Source: Candidatus Cloacimonadales bacterium
GTDB lineage: Bacteria > Cloacimonadota > Cloacimonadia > Cloacimonadales > JAIOQZ01
Direction: 5' to 3'
Length of the DNA: 64,000 bases
Assembly: GCA_963665815.1 (NCBI GenBank)
Contig: OY762463.1
Coordinates: 3,616,001 to 3,680,000 of the forward strand
The notes under the pieces are model-generated. The model searched no databases. It saw nothing but the letters and a program-made list of their open reading frames with translations, and was not told the origin of the DNA. A program made the position numbers and the translations under genes. Positions 52,783 through 63,657 of this stretch are shown here, one piece after another (position 1 is the first letter of the stretch; the number at the start of each line of letters is the position of its first letter).

Positions 52783-54586
52783 ATGACAATAATTCCATTT
52801 CTTTTTCTTCCATAAACTGGTTAGTATACAATTTATAATAATAACCTTCACTATTGATCAGACTGGTATGGTTACCTGCTTCAATTATTTCACCTTTCTT
52901 CAGTACTATAATTTTATCAGCAGACCTGATTGTAGAAAGCCTGTGAGCAATGATTATACTTGTTCGGTTTTCCATAACTCTGTCTATCGCATCCTGTATA
53001 AGGAATTCTGTTTCTGTATCAACAGATGAAGTTGCTTCATCAAGAATCAGGATTGCAGGGTCAGCCAGTATAGCTCTGGCAAAGGAAACCAACTGTTTCT
53101 GTCCGGTAGAAAGCAGGTTCCCGCTTTCACCAACTTCAGTGTTATATCCATTCTCCAGCTCGGTAATAAAATGATGGGCATGCACTGTTTTAGCAGCTTT
53201 TATAACTTCTTCATCTGTTGCTTCCAGCTTACCATATCTGATGTTCTCCATAACTGTTCCACTAAACAAATGAGGTGTCTGCAGTACAATACCGATATTA
53301 GATTGAATCACTTCCAGAGGTATAGTCTTGTAATCCTTATCATCTATTAGTATACTTCCTGAAACCGGTTCGTAAAACCTGCATGCCAGATTCACAAGTG
53401 TTGTTTTACCGGATCCTGTTTCTCCCACAAGTGCAACTTTCTCACCTTTTTTGATATTCAGATCAAAGTCTTTCAACACGTATTCCCCTTTTTTGTAATA
53501 AAAGGATACATTGCTGAAGCTTACACTTCCATTAATCTGCTGATTCTGATCTCCATTATGGTTATTAATGAAGTTATCTTTAATCTCAATATCTGAATTA
53601 AGCAGAGAAATTACTCTTTCTGCCGAAGCCTGTGCATTCTGCAGTTCGGCAAACATCCTTGATACTTCATTAACAGGTTCGAAGAAGTGGATCATATAAG
53701 AAACAAAAGCGACCAGGGTTCCGTAGGTCATTATTCCTGCTATCACACCTTTTCCTCCGAACCAGATTGCCAGCGCTGAACCTGCAGCACCAATCAATAA
53801 TATGATAGGAAAATACATGGATGACAGAATAGAAGCTTTTACAGAAGCCGAATACAAACTTGATGATGTATTCTGGAATTCCTTCAGATTCTCATCCTCT
53901 CGTACCAGGGTTTTTGTTGTCTTTGCTCCGTGAATTCCTTCATTGTAACTTCCTGTCAGTTTTGAGTTTTCCTTTCTGGATTTTCTGTAACTGCTGAGGA
54001 TACGTCTTTGGAAATACATGCTTATCCAGACTAAAACAGGGATTACGGATAATACAATTAAAGCAAGCTTCCAGTTCATGTAAAGCATGATTCCACAGAT
54101 GATAAGCATCATAGTGAATCCCCAGGAGATATCAACCATTCCCCAGGCTATTACACTTCCTAGTTTTTGACAGTCAGATGTCATTCGTGCCATAATCCAA
54201 CCTACAGGTGTCTTGTCATAATAAGAGAATGACAGGTGCTGCAGCTTGTTGAATGTATCTCTTCGAATATCGTATACAAGCAGAGTCTCTACCCGACCTG
54301 CCAGATCAATGAACATGAATATATTAGCTGTCTGTACTAATAATAGTCCTATGAATATTGCGATAAAAGTTCCGATATTTTCTGTTGTTTTTTCTGCAAT
54401 GAAATGATCTATCGCATATTTAGTCATATAAGGAAAAGCCCCTTCTATGGCTGCCGTGAGAATCATAACAAGAATGATCATCACCAGGTATTTTCTGTAA
54501 TTCAATGCATAGCGGAATATCTGTTTCCACAATTTCAGATCAAATCGTTTTGTATATTCTTCTTCTTTATAGAAAGTCTGATTCAT
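52781..54586 (-). CDS. Heterodimeric ABC exporter subunit (TMD+NBD)
   Basis: Six-TM region; GETGSGKTT; degenerate signature LSTGQ; ILDEATSSVD; IAHRLST. Confidence 0.93.
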   Translation of the reverse strand: MNQTFYKEEEYTKRFDLKLWKQIFRYALNYRKYLVMIILVMILTAAIEGAFPYMTKYAIDHFIAEKTTENIGTFIAIFIGLLLVQTANIFMFIDLAGRVETLLVYDIRRDTFNKLQHLSFSYYDKTPVGWIMARMTSDCQKLGSVIAWGMVDISWGFTMMLIICGIMLYMNWKLALIVLSVIPVLVWISMYFQRRILSSYRKSRKENSKLTGSYNEGIHGAKTTKTLVREDENLKEFQNTSSSLYSASVKASILSSMYFPIILLIGAAGSALAIWFGGKGVIAGIMTYGTLVAFVSYMIHFFEPVNEVSRMFAELQNAQASAERVISLLNSDIEIKDNFINNHNGDQNQQINGSVSFSNVSFYYKKGEYVLKDFDLNIKKGEKVALVGETGSGKTTLVNLACRFYEPVSGSILIDDKDYKTIPLEVIQSNIGIVLQTPHLFSGTVMENIRYGKLEATDEEVIKAAKTVHAHHFITELENGYNTEVGESGNLLSTGQKQLVSFARAILADPAILILDEATSSVDTETEFLIQDAIDRVMENRTSIIIAHRLSTIRSADKIIVLKKGEIIEAGNHTSLINSEGYYYKLYTNQFMEEKEMELLS

Positions 54587-54599
54587 TTTTCTTACTCCG

Positions 54600-56438
54600 T
54601 TATGAAGCAGGTTTTATTGAATTAACCTCTTCACTGTTAGCTTTTTCAATGTCTTTTTGGATATCTTTCTCCAGATAATTCTGGATGGTCCATATCCTTT
54701 TATAAAGACCTTCTTCATCTATCAATTGAGCATGAGTACCAGCCTGAGTAATTTGACCATGCTCAAGTACAATAATTCTATCACATTCTGCCAAAGTTGT
54801 CAGCCTGTGAGCAATGATGATAGTTGTTGCATTTCCATGTCTCTGTTTTAATGCTTTTCTGATACTGCTGTCTGTTTCAGTATCAACAGCACTCAGCGAA
54901 TCATCAAAAATGATGACCGGAGTTTCTTTCATCAAAGCTCTCGCTATGGCAACACGCTGTTTCTGTCCTCCGGACAGCGTAACGCCTTTTTCTCCGACAA
55001 GAGTTTCATATCCGTCCTCGAACTTCTTGATCGAGTTATGGATACAGGCAATTTCCGCAGTTTCATAAATCTGTTCATCTTCGGGATTATCCGACCCCAT
55101 TCTGATGTTGTTCTTGATTGTTCTGGAATACAGGAACGGTTCCTGAAGAACAATGGATATCTGTTTGCGCAGTTCATGCTTATCTATATCTTTTATGTCC
55201 TTTCCATCAAGCAGTATGGAACCTGATCCGGGTTCGTAAAGCCTTGGAAGCAGATGAACAAGGGTCGATTTACCCGATCCTGTGGCACCAAGGATTGCAA
55301 TGGTTTCTCCTGCTTTAATCTTAAGATTTATACCTTTCAGTACATTATCATTATCGTAGCCGAAAGACACATCACGGAACTCAATATTACCTTGAAGTCT
55401 TCCCGGAGTATGTCCTTCTGTTTCTTCTTCAGGTCTGTCCAGAATCTCTTTAATCCTGTCTATTGCTACGGAGGTTTTACCCATGTCTGTCAGAGTTCTC
55501 CCCATCTGCCTGATAGGCCATAGCAGGTTTCCTTCGTATGTTATAAAGGCAACCAGAGTTCCGATTGATATCTTCCCTGATATTGCCCAGAGTGTTCCGA
55601 TAATTGTAACGATGAATATCTGTCCAATTGCCAGAAAGTCAGATATCGCCCAGTAATAGGCAAGTAGTCTTATCACTCTGTAGTTTTTATCTCTGTAGTG
55701 AGAATTTCTCTCATCGAACTTATCTATCTCGTAGTCCTGTCTGTGAAAGGCTTTTACTACTCGTATACCGGATAGATTCTCCTGTAGTACTGCGGACATA
55801 GCTCCTTCTGCTTCGTCTGATTCTTTGAATGACTTCTTAACCTGCAGGAAGAAGAAGTATGAAAAACAGAACAGTGCTGGTATGACTACCATCGAAATCA
55901 TGGTCATAGATTTATCTAATGACAGCATGACCGGAATAATCAGTATAATCATGAAAATTGCTCTGCCTATTTCCACAAGTTGGGCAGACATGAATATCCT
56001 GATTGTTTCCACATCAGATGTACATCTCTGAATGATATCTCCGGTTTCCATTTTCACGTGATAGGCAAACGGAAGTCGCTGAATGTGGTTGTATAACCTG
56101 TCCCTGAGTCGCTTAGATGCAGACTCTGAAGCTGTAGCTGACCACTTACCTTTTAAATACCCGAAGAATCCACTGATCGCTGTTGTAAGGATAATCGCTA
56201 TAGCAATAATCCAGAGGTTACTACGGAAATACTCGTTTCCTTCAGTGAATTCAAGTACTGACTTAAATAATTTTATTTTAGGTATTTCAGTTCCTATAAC
56301 ATTGTCTATGGCAAATCGTATAAGCAACGGAGAAATGAAGCCAAACAATGTTGAAATGACAATTGCGATAACAGAATATACATAGAGTTTTCTGTATCCA
56401 TGTAGATAAGAACTAACAAATTTCAGTTTTTCTCTCAT
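54600..56438 (-). CDS. Heterodimeric ABC exporter subunit (TMD+NBD)
   Basis: GATGSGKST; LSGGQ; degenerate Walker B IIFDD. Start placed at ATG 56438 after AAGGAG. Confidence 0.93.
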   Translation of the reverse strand: MREKLKFVSSYLHGYRKLYVYSVIAIVISTLFGFISPLLIRFAIDNVIGTEIPKIKLFKSVLEFTEGNEYFRSNLWIIAIAIILTTAISGFFGYLKGKWSATASESASKRLRDRLYNHIQRLPFAYHVKMETGDIIQRCTSDVETIRIFMSAQLVEIGRAIFMIILIIPVMLSLDKSMTMISMVVIPALFCFSYFFFLQVKKSFKESDEAEGAMSAVLQENLSGIRVVKAFHRQDYEIDKFDERNSHYRDKNYRVIRLLAYYWAISDFLAIGQIFIVTIIGTLWAISGKISIGTLVAFITYEGNLLWPIRQMGRTLTDMGKTSVAIDRIKEILDRPEEETEGHTPGRLQGNIEFRDVSFGYDNDNVLKGINLKIKAGETIAILGATGSGKSTLVHLLPRLYEPGSGSILLDGKDIKDIDKHELRKQISIVLQEPFLYSRTIKNNIRMGSDNPEDEQIYETAEIACIHNSIKKFEDGYETLVGEKGVTLSGGQKQRVAIARALMKETPVIIFDDSLSAVDTETDSSIRKALKQRHGNATTIIIAHRLTTLAECDRIIVLEHGQITQAGTHAQLIDEEGLYKRIWTIQNYLEKDIQKDIEKANSEEVNSIKPAS

Positions 56439-56491
56439 TTTTGCTCCTTTGTAGTCGGACAAAACATTGGGTGACTTCTATTCTCAGGCAC

Positions 56492-56579
56492 AAAAAAAAG
56501 CCACGGCTCAATGTTGTCCGTGGCTAAATTTATTTATTATATAAAATCTTATTGCTTCATAAAACTTAACAACGGATAA
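56492..56579 (-). promoter_or_regulatory. Transcription attenuator (terminator/antiterminator) upstream of the ABC exporter
   Basis: Terminator AGCCACGG...CCGTGGCT plus U8 at 56525-56492; alternative helix between 56562-56579 and 56514-56531. Confidence 0.72.
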
Positions 56580-56647
56580 TAAATTGATGGATTTGTATTG
56601 AATACATGCATATTTGCTTCAAACCATTTTCTAATGATTAAGTTCAT
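56549..56647 (-). CDS. Putative 32-aa leader peptide MNLIIRKWFEANMHVFNTNPSIYYPLLSFMKQ
   Basis: RBS GGAGG before ATG 56647; the stop codon is 23 nt upstream of the terminator stem. Confidence 0.62.
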   Translation of the reverse strand: MNLIIRKWFEANMHVFNTNPSIYYPLLSFMKQ

Positions 56648-56808
56648 TATCTTACCTCCGTTGTTTTTTATTTGTTTCCAAAAAGAATAATCCTGAAAAT
56701 TTGTCAAGCAGAAAAGATGGAAAATTGAGGATTGCTCAGTATTAGCTATTGTCAGCATTTTAAAATAGAGTATATAACAGGTTGCTTTGATATAAGTTAA
56801 ATATTGCT

Positions 56809-58011
56809 TTAAAAAAAAGCATGTCTGATGAAAACTTCCATTCCCGATAAGCTGTATTCTATTTCGGGGAGATATAGTTCCTCAACAGCATTCACTTCCT
56901 GTTGCGGGATAACCAGTTTCTTTCCGACAGCGTTGTATCTCAGACCTATGTCAAAGTTCTTGAAGTTGAATAAACCTCCAAAAACAAATCCGAAGTATTC
57001 TTTATCAACACCGGTAAGTGATTTTGTGTAATGAAGACGGGGAGATTCGTAATTGACATCAACAGTCTGCTCCGTATTGAAAATATGACAGAATTTAATA
57101 CCGCCCAATATGGTAACCATATCCATAAAATTTATTTCTGCTGTAACAGGGAATTCAAGAAAACTTGCCATGCTCATTTCTTCATATTTCAAATCACTAT
57201 CAAAAAATCCATCAGAAGCCATGATGTATGGTCTACATAATAATCCTGCTCTTAAAACAGCAATATCAAATACTGATAAACCATAATTCATCCCCCCAAA
57301 GACACTTGGGAATCTACTTTTATACATTCCATACTCAAACTTGAAGCCGGTATGGTTGAGTGAGTCAGAGGGGACAATTGGGTTAAAGGATTGTTTATAT
57401 TTGTCGGAGAAAGGGAATTTGACGCTGATTGTCAGCATATCTACATCCAAGAAAATGAACCTGTCCTGAGAATAGAGATACGCAAGATCTGTTTGAGAGA
57501 TAAAATGCGATTTTCCCATGAAATACATTCCGAACTTATATCCTGAAGATATGCTGAAATACTTGTAATCACAATTACTCCCATGAAGTGTAACTCCTAT
57601 TGCTTGTTTATCATGACTGATAACCGGTCCTTCATTGAATGGATCATCACCAGGACCGTCAAAAAGAGTAAACTCTCTGTCATACCCCTTAATACCTTCT
57701 TCTTTACAATATCTGTAAAATACACCTACGTTATAGGTAGACCTGAAAAATGGAAGTTTAACTTTGTATAATTGGATGGATGACTTTAAGTCGATAATAT
57801 CAAACTTATATTTTGTCGATTTGTTCTCAAAATGAGCAAATTTAGCTGATAAGCCGGTTCTATTCTCCTGATCAAACAGTTCAGCTTCGATGTTAAACGG
57901 GGTAAACATTGTAGCTTCATATTGTAGATTAAAATCCACAGATTTTTTTTCATCCTCGGCAAACATACTTGCCAGAAGTATAGTTAACAGCATAAAAAAT
58001 AGTAATCGCAC
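56809..58011 (-). CDS. Hypothetical exported protein, probable outer-membrane beta-barrel
   Basis: GTG start; signal peptide ...ASMFA; alternating aromatic/Gly beta-strand pattern; C-terminal Phe. Confidence 0.6.
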   Translation of the reverse strand: MRLLFFMLLTILLASMFAEDEKKSVDFNLQYEATMFTPFNIEAELFDQENRTGLSAKFAHFENKSTKYKFDIIDLKSSIQLYKVKLPFFRSTYNVGVFYRYCKEEGIKGYDREFTLFDGPGDDPFNEGPVISHDKQAIGVTLHGSNCDYKYFSISSGYKFGMYFMGKSHFISQTDLAYLYSQDRFIFLDVDMLTISVKFPFSDKYKQSFNPIVPSDSLNHTGFKFEYGMYKSRFPSVFGGMNYGLSVFDIAVLRAGLLCRPYIMASDGFFDSDLKYEEMSMASFLEFPVTAEINFMDMVTILGGIKFCHIFNTEQTVDVNYESPRLHYTKSLTGVDKEYFGFVFGGLFNFKNFDIGLRYNAVGKKLVIPQQEVNAVEELYLPEIEYSLSGMEVFIRHAFF

Positions 58012-58302
58012 AATTTTTCCTTTTTAAATCAAACTAATGTATACCCATAGCATTTATAAAGGCTTTCGGGCATTCGATAAATCTACTATTAAAACAAAGT
58101 AAATTTTTGAAGACTGAAAGTACATGAATACTGCATTGTATTATCTATCCTAGAAAAGTAATGACTTATGCAAATTGTCAAGATTATTGAAGCTGTGCAA
58201 GTATTTAAGTTCTATATTCAATTTTTTATTGTTCCCTGTGTTAATGATGTTTGTCATCGGATCCAGCTGCTCATTATTTCACACCGTTTTTTGCAGAGTG
58301 TT

Positions 58303-58332
58303 AAAAAAAAGCCTGCTGAAGATCAACAGGCT
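58303..58332 (-). terminator. Intrinsic terminator
   Basis: AGCCTG.TGA/TCA.CAGGCT stem with an A8 run on the left. Confidence 0.65.
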
Positions 58333-58360
58333 ATAAATTGATAGTAGTAACAAATTACAA

Positions 58361-59761
58361 TTAGAAGTAGAACATCAGGCTGAGTTCAAATCTTCTTTCG
58401 TTGGTCAACGTGTTCTTATATACGACAAAATCATCATCAAGCAGGTTGTATGCTTTAAAGCTGATATGGAAGTTTTTCTGCATCATATAGATCATGTTTG
58501 CATGAACAAGAAATGCGTCATCCATTTTCTTTGCAGCATAATCTTTTCTCTGAGATATCGCATCGAATGAGATTCCGGCTTTAATCTGGTCCTGCTCATA
58601 AGATACATCAAGGTTGTTTACTATTCTCGGTTGAAACGGAACGGAATTAGAACCTGATCCTATCACATCATAAGAAAGATAACTTCCGGAATATTTGAAT
58701 GAGAACTGTTTGTATTTGTTATAAACTGATAATTTAACATATTGAGTGTGTACGTCAATAGTTCTACTCTGGTACGGAGAATTCGGAGTCAATTGATAAT
58801 ATACTCTGAAATCGTCTGAAGTTTTGTAATTGTATTCCAGAGAGACAGGGAGATAAAGGCTGTGATGCAGAACAGTATGGAAGTCCACAAGGTTCTTTTC
58901 TTGTTCTTTATCAAAATACAGTGTATGATAAGGATTTGTCTCCAGATTCTCATATCGTTTTCTAACAGTAATTCCCGGTTCATTAAATACTTTTACGCCC
59001 ATGTATTCATTGAACTGTTTGCTGTATGCAAAGATAACTGATGGATAAACATGAAACTTATCTGCACCAAACCAGAGACCGAACTTATCAAGCTGAATTA
59101 CATCCTGACGTTCTGCTGAAATTGTACAAGCTCCACTGGAAGCGATAAAGAATGGATTAAGCTTAACATTGGAGTTCCTGTATTCGGTTTCCAGTATTAA
59201 GTCAATATCTAGATCGCTTACAGTTACATCTTTAGTGTTTTCCTGTTTGAAAGTGGACATGCCTACTTCAGCTTTAGCATCAATATCTGTGTAGAATGTA
59301 AAGCTGTGCCGTCCAGACGCAAAAAGTCCTGCCTGAGTTGTTTTTGTCTCCTGCAGATCAAACTCTCTGGTTTCAAAGAGAGAATAGAAATCTGGTTTAT
59401 AACCGCTAATCGTTGGTCTCCACAAGGCATTCATGCCTGAGTATTTCCACTTTGATTCCTGTTCGTTTACATATATACTGCTTCCCAGATTAAGGTAATC
59501 AGAATCCGGTTTGTATAGATCAAAATCTACCTGCAGGTGAGAGTTAGTACCTACCATCAGACGGAATAAACTTTCATCTGATGCAAGTCTTTTTTTTACA
59601 GGAACAGGATTTAGTTCCGGAATGAAGTTTTCGGCAAAACGATCATAATTTTTATCATTCCAGTATTTGGCAATTTCCTGTTTGTCAATTGAGGGGTTAT
59701 CCTGACAAAACAGGAAGGCTGCAGTTATGAGTAAAGCTGTGATTAATACTTTGACTTTCAT
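58361..59761 (-). CDS. Outer-membrane beta-barrel protein with a TonB-dependent-receptor-like C-terminus
   Basis: Signal peptide; C-terminal ...KAYNLLDD.F.......RRFELSLMFYF resembles TBDR barrel ends. Too short for a full plug-plus-barrel TBDR. Confidence 0.62.
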   Translation of the reverse strand: MKVKVLITALLITAAFLFCQDNPSIDKQEIAKYWNDKNYDRFAENFIPELNPVPVKKRLASDESLFRLMVGTNSHLQVDFDLYKPDSDYLNLGSSIYVNEQESKWKYSGMNALWRPTISGYKPDFYSLFETREFDLQETKTTQAGLFASGRHSFTFYTDIDAKAEVGMSTFKQENTKDVTVSDLDIDLILETEYRNSNVKLNPFFIASSGACTISAERQDVIQLDKFGLWFGADKFHVYPSVIFAYSKQFNEYMGVKVFNEPGITVRKRYENLETNPYHTLYFDKEQEKNLVDFHTVLHHSLYLPVSLEYNYKTSDDFRVYYQLTPNSPYQSRTIDVHTQYVKLSVYNKYKQFSFKYSGSYLSYDVIGSGSNSVPFQPRIVNNLDVSYEQDQIKAGISFDAISQRKDYAAKKMDDAFLVHANMIYMMQKNFHISFKAYNLLDDDFVVYKNTLTNERRFELSLMFYF

Positions 59762-59775
59762 TTTTACTCCACAAA

Positions 59776-62595
59776 TTATTTTATTAAAATTTTATCTAAT
59801 TCTTTGATTCTTTCATTACTTAAATTATCCCTGATCATACTGTACATATTATCTGCTTTATTCTTTTCTCCGGTTTGGAGGTAACATTTAATCAGATAGT
59901 ATTTTCCCTCAATGCTGACTTCTTTATTACCACTGAACATGTAAGAGATTTTGAGCAGCTCTACGATTGCTTGTTCATAGTTATTCTTAAAGTAAAACAG
60001 CATCCCAGTACGAAGTTGGATCTCAGCTTTAATATTATCGTCATCATTGAGTCTATTTGACGCAAGAAGAGGTTCAATACCGGAGTATCTTTGCTGAGCA
60101 AACAGAAAATCAATCATTTCAATATCTGCCAGAGCTTTGTAACGTGAGTCACCGACAGCTTTCAGCTTTTCATAAGTGTCAGAGAAACCTGAAAATTGGT
60201 TTGCACTCTGGAGTTTCAGAATACTCAGAAGAATGTCTGGATCTTCAGCATAAACACTGGCGCTATCCAACTGAATTTCTCCTTTTTTTAAGAATCGGTC
60301 TTTAAGCAGCAGTTTACCCCAGTGAGCGTAAATTCCCGCATTGAGTTCATTGCTGTTTTCGTATAGTTCGTATGCTTTATGATTAAGATCGAGTTTTCCG
60401 TAAGCTTTTCCAAGACTGAGAACAATGTCAGGATTATCTGAATTTTTAAGATAGTTTTTACAAAGACTTATTACCTTGTTCCAATTACCGGAATCTTCTT
60501 CAGACATGATAATGTATTCGGCTATGATTGCTTTCATTTCGGAATCTGTTACTTTTGCTGATATTGATTCCAGAACCGGAGCATAGCTTATTTCTCTTGC
60601 AATATTCGATTTTACAACGCCTGTCAGAGATTCTTCAAAATCATCTGTAGAAGCGGCTTTCAATGCTGCTTTTACGAAAAACTCAGATGCTTTGGCATAA
60701 TTTCCCATATTGTAATATGATTCAGCCAGTCTGTTCTGAATTTTATACAATCTACCACCTTTCTGACTCTTCATGTAGTCAGTGTAGAAATCTATTGCGC
60801 TGGCATAATCCTGATTAACATATGCAGCTTCAGCTCCCGCTTCAAGGAATTCCTGACCATCTTCGTTTACACTGTTATTCTTCAGGTATTTCGATGCTTG
60901 AGAAAAATTATCCATATTATAGTAGCACCATCCGATCTGTGTTTCGGCTTTACTTTTTTCTTTCTGGCTTGAAGCGACTTTCAGGGCTTCTTTATATTTG
61001 TCTAAAGCCTTCTGGTAGGACTTTCCGGAATACAGAATGTTTGCTTCAGTATAAATACGGTTGAACTTGTATTTATCAATATCTTTTATCTGATCGAGAG
61101 CATCAAGAGATTCTTTATTGTTCCCAAGCTTCTGCTGCACTTCCGACAATCTGTTAAGCAGGTTATCCTTTCTATTGCCGGCAATGTAAGACTCGTGTAA
61201 ATAGTTAACTGCCGTACCGAGATCTTTCCGGGAATAATAAATCTCACCGATGTAATAGCAGGCATCAGCGTAAAATTCAGAATGTTTATAATTGTCTACA
61301 ATCTTTTTGAACACATTCAAAGCTGTATCACTATTCTCTTCAAGAAGATGAATCAAACCGGTCTTAAAGTATGCCTGATCTGTATAAAAACCGTCTATTG
61401 TTTCGGTTATGTATTTATTGTAAAATGCCTTTGCTTCCTTCAGATTATTCAGATAGTAGAAGGATTCTGCTATAATATATTGAGCATCATAATAATATTT
61501 GGAATTATCAAGCTTCATCAGTTGAGAAATACAGCTCTCGTAATCATCATTTTTCAAGTAAGCAAGTCCTTTATAGAACATTGCCATTGGTTTCATTACC
61601 GGATCATTGCTCTTGATGATTTCATCATACTTGTTCATTTTCATTTCTTCAGAGGAGAACAAAGAAACTGATATAATTTCTGTTTTTCTCTTTATTTCTT
61701 CGTTTGAAATATTACTCAAATTCTCGGTGATGTGTTTTTCAGCACCTTTATAATTCATTCCTTTTAGAAGCACCAATAACTTAAAATAATTCTTCAACTC
61801 AGAATCAAGCGATGAATCGTTCAGCATTGTTTCGGCTTCATTCAGATTGCCCGACAGTATAGATGCTGTTATTTTCTGACCGATGAAGTCAGAAGAAAAC
61901 TGAGAATTGTTATCCATATCGTCAGAATCGATAACCTTACTGTACATTCCTTTTTTCAGATAGAAATTATTGATCAGGATTCTGGCGTAATCTCCATAAT
62001 CAGGATCTTTCTCATAAAGTGTATTGATATATGAAGCTGCCTGCTCATACATATTGTAAGCAATAAGATTTTTAATGTGGAGAGTAAGGACAACGGTGGA
62101 TGGATTGCTGTCAACAGCTTTCGAACTCATTTCGTATGCTTTTGAATACAGGGATTCAGAATAATAAATTTCAGAAAGATAATAGAATGCTTCCCAGGAA
62201 TTAGAAGATCCGGAATATCTTATAGTATAATCTTTGAAGTATTTTTCCGCTTTTTTATAGTTTCTCAACATAAAATGGTTTTTACCCTGAAGAAGAACTA
62301 TCTGTTTAATTACATCCGGATCAGTTTCATTAAACTCCATATCATTAAGGGTTGTTCTGACTTCCGAATAGTTACCGTTGAGAAAGTCTATGTAAACAGT
62401 TTCCAGATTATGAGACTTTACCATTATGTAATCCGGTTGTCTGAGAAGGTTTCGTTCTATTTTTCGGATCTCTGAACCTGCTACATGCGGCATGTCTTTT
62501 CCCATGAGGATATCTACAATGATATGATCGGTGTTATAAGAATTAAGTGAGACAAAGGCAGATAACATTAAAATTACATAAATGAGATATTTCAC
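59776..62595 (-). CDS. Tetratricopeptide repeat protein (exported)
   Basis: Many TPRs (AFYYLSEIYY, AQYIIAESFY, AYFKTGLIH, ACYYIGEIYY, IGWCYYN). GTG start at 62595 after AGGAG. Confidence 0.85.
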   Translation of the reverse strand: MKYLIYVILMLSAFVSLNSYNTDHIIVDILMGKDMPHVAGSEIRKIERNLLRQPDYIMVKSHNLETVYIDFLNGNYSEVRTTLNDMEFNETDPDVIKQIVLLQGKNHFMLRNYKKAEKYFKDYTIRYSGSSNSWEAFYYLSEIYYSESLYSKAYEMSSKAVDSNPSTVVLTLHIKNLIAYNMYEQAASYINTLYEKDPDYGDYARILINNFYLKKGMYSKVIDSDDMDNNSQFSSDFIGQKITASILSGNLNEAETMLNDSSLDSELKNYFKLLVLLKGMNYKGAEKHITENLSNISNEEIKRKTEIISVSLFSSEEMKMNKYDEIIKSNDPVMKPMAMFYKGLAYLKNDDYESCISQLMKLDNSKYYYDAQYIIAESFYYLNNLKEAKAFYNKYITETIDGFYTDQAYFKTGLIHLLEENSDTALNVFKKIVDNYKHSEFYADACYYIGEIYYSRKDLGTAVNYLHESYIAGNRKDNLLNRLSEVQQKLGNNKESLDALDQIKDIDKYKFNRIYTEANILYSGKSYQKALDKYKEALKVASSQKEKSKAETQIGWCYYNMDNFSQASKYLKNNSVNEDGQEFLEAGAEAAYVNQDYASAIDFYTDYMKSQKGGRLYKIQNRLAESYYNMGNYAKASEFFVKAALKAASTDDFEESLTGVVKSNIAREISYAPVLESISAKVTDSEMKAIIAEYIIMSEEDSGNWNKVISLCKNYLKNSDNPDIVLSLGKAYGKLDLNHKAYELYENSNELNAGIYAHWGKLLLKDRFLKKGEIQLDSASVYAEDPDILLSILKLQSANQFSGFSDTYEKLKAVGDSRYKALADIEMIDFLFAQQRYSGIEPLLASNRLNDDDNIKAEIQLRTGMLFYFKNNYEQAIVELLKISYMFSGNKEVSIEGKYYLIKCYLQTGEKNKADNMYSMIRDNLSNERIKELDKILIK

Positions 62596-62824
62596 AAGAA
62601 CTCCTGCAATTATATTTTGTAAGTATTTGATACTTTTCTGTACTATCAATACAGATACATAAATTCAAAGTAAAAAATATATATCTGGTTAACTTGTCAA
62701 TATTTGAAGTAAATTCTTCCGGTTAATCTTCTCTTTCCATATTTTAATAACAAATTCTAACGAAAATACTTGCCAGAAATTTTTCTTTACTCTTATTTCT
62801 CTGCATTGTTATGAAGGAGGAAAT

Positions 62825-63649
62825 GTGAGTAAGTTTGAGTACGAACTGTTAGTAAAACCTTTGAATGAACTGCCTTTGAAAAGCTGGTTTCCTGAAGAAA
62901 CTGAGCAAAGAACTATGGTAGATTTGTTAACCAGATCATATGTCTGCTCAATTGTAATTAACGGTAGCATCACTGGCTTTTTTACATTCGAAACTTATAT
63001 GACTACGGTCAGTTTCAAGATTTTTGTGAGAGCACAAGTTGATACACATGAAAATGATCTGCTTATGCTGTTGAAGGTGTTCTGCAATGAAAATTTTACA
63101 GCTGAGCAAGCTGAGTATTTCACAGTTGCATTTTTCAAGAAATCGAGTCATTTTGAATTAAATGAATATATTGATAGAACCTTCAGAATGGAATATACAC
63201 CGGAATCTCAAAGAAAGTGTACATCCTCATCTATGGTGATAGTGCATAGTAATGACTTGGATATAAACCTCTTAAAAGAGTTTCATTACGTTTGTTACGC
63301 AGAAGATTCTCCTTATATGCCAGGAGACTGGGATAAGATGCTGGTAAATTTCAATAATACTGATCTGCCTTCTTACAGTTTCTCTACAGTAAACAAAGAT
63401 AAGTTGAGTGGTGTATGCATAGGTATGTTTATTCCGCACAGAGATTTCAAATATCTGTATTCAATTTGTGTTCATCCGGAGTATAGAAATTCCGGAATTG
63501 GTTCTGCATTGCTGGATGAGTTTCTTAAGGCAGAACCGGAGAAACCTGTAGTGCTGAATGTTTTTGAGTCTGCTGTATCTGCATGTAATCTGTATAGGAA
63601 AGCCGGATTTGTTGAAAAGGCAGTTACATCTCACATTTATAAGGTCTAA
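62825..63649 (+). CDS. GNAT family N-acetyltransferase (C-terminal domain)
   Basis: YLYSICVHPEYRNSGIGSALL...LNV...A.NLYRKAGF; RBS AAGGAGG; GTG start. Confidence 0.85.
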   Translation: MSKFEYELLVKPLNELPLKSWFPEETEQRTMVDLLTRSYVCSIVINGSITGFFTFETYMTTVSFKIFVRAQVDTHENDLLMLLKVFCNENFTAEQAEYFTVAFFKKSSHFELNEYIDRTFRMEYTPESQRKCTSSSMVIVHSNDLDINLLKEFHYVCYAEDSPYMPGDWDKMLVNFNNTDLPSYSFSTVNKDKLSGVCIGMFIPHRDFKYLYSICVHPEYRNSGIGSALLDEFLKAEPEKPVVLNVFESAVSACNLYRKAGFVEKAVTSHIYKV

Positions 63650-63657
63650 ATGTCGGA

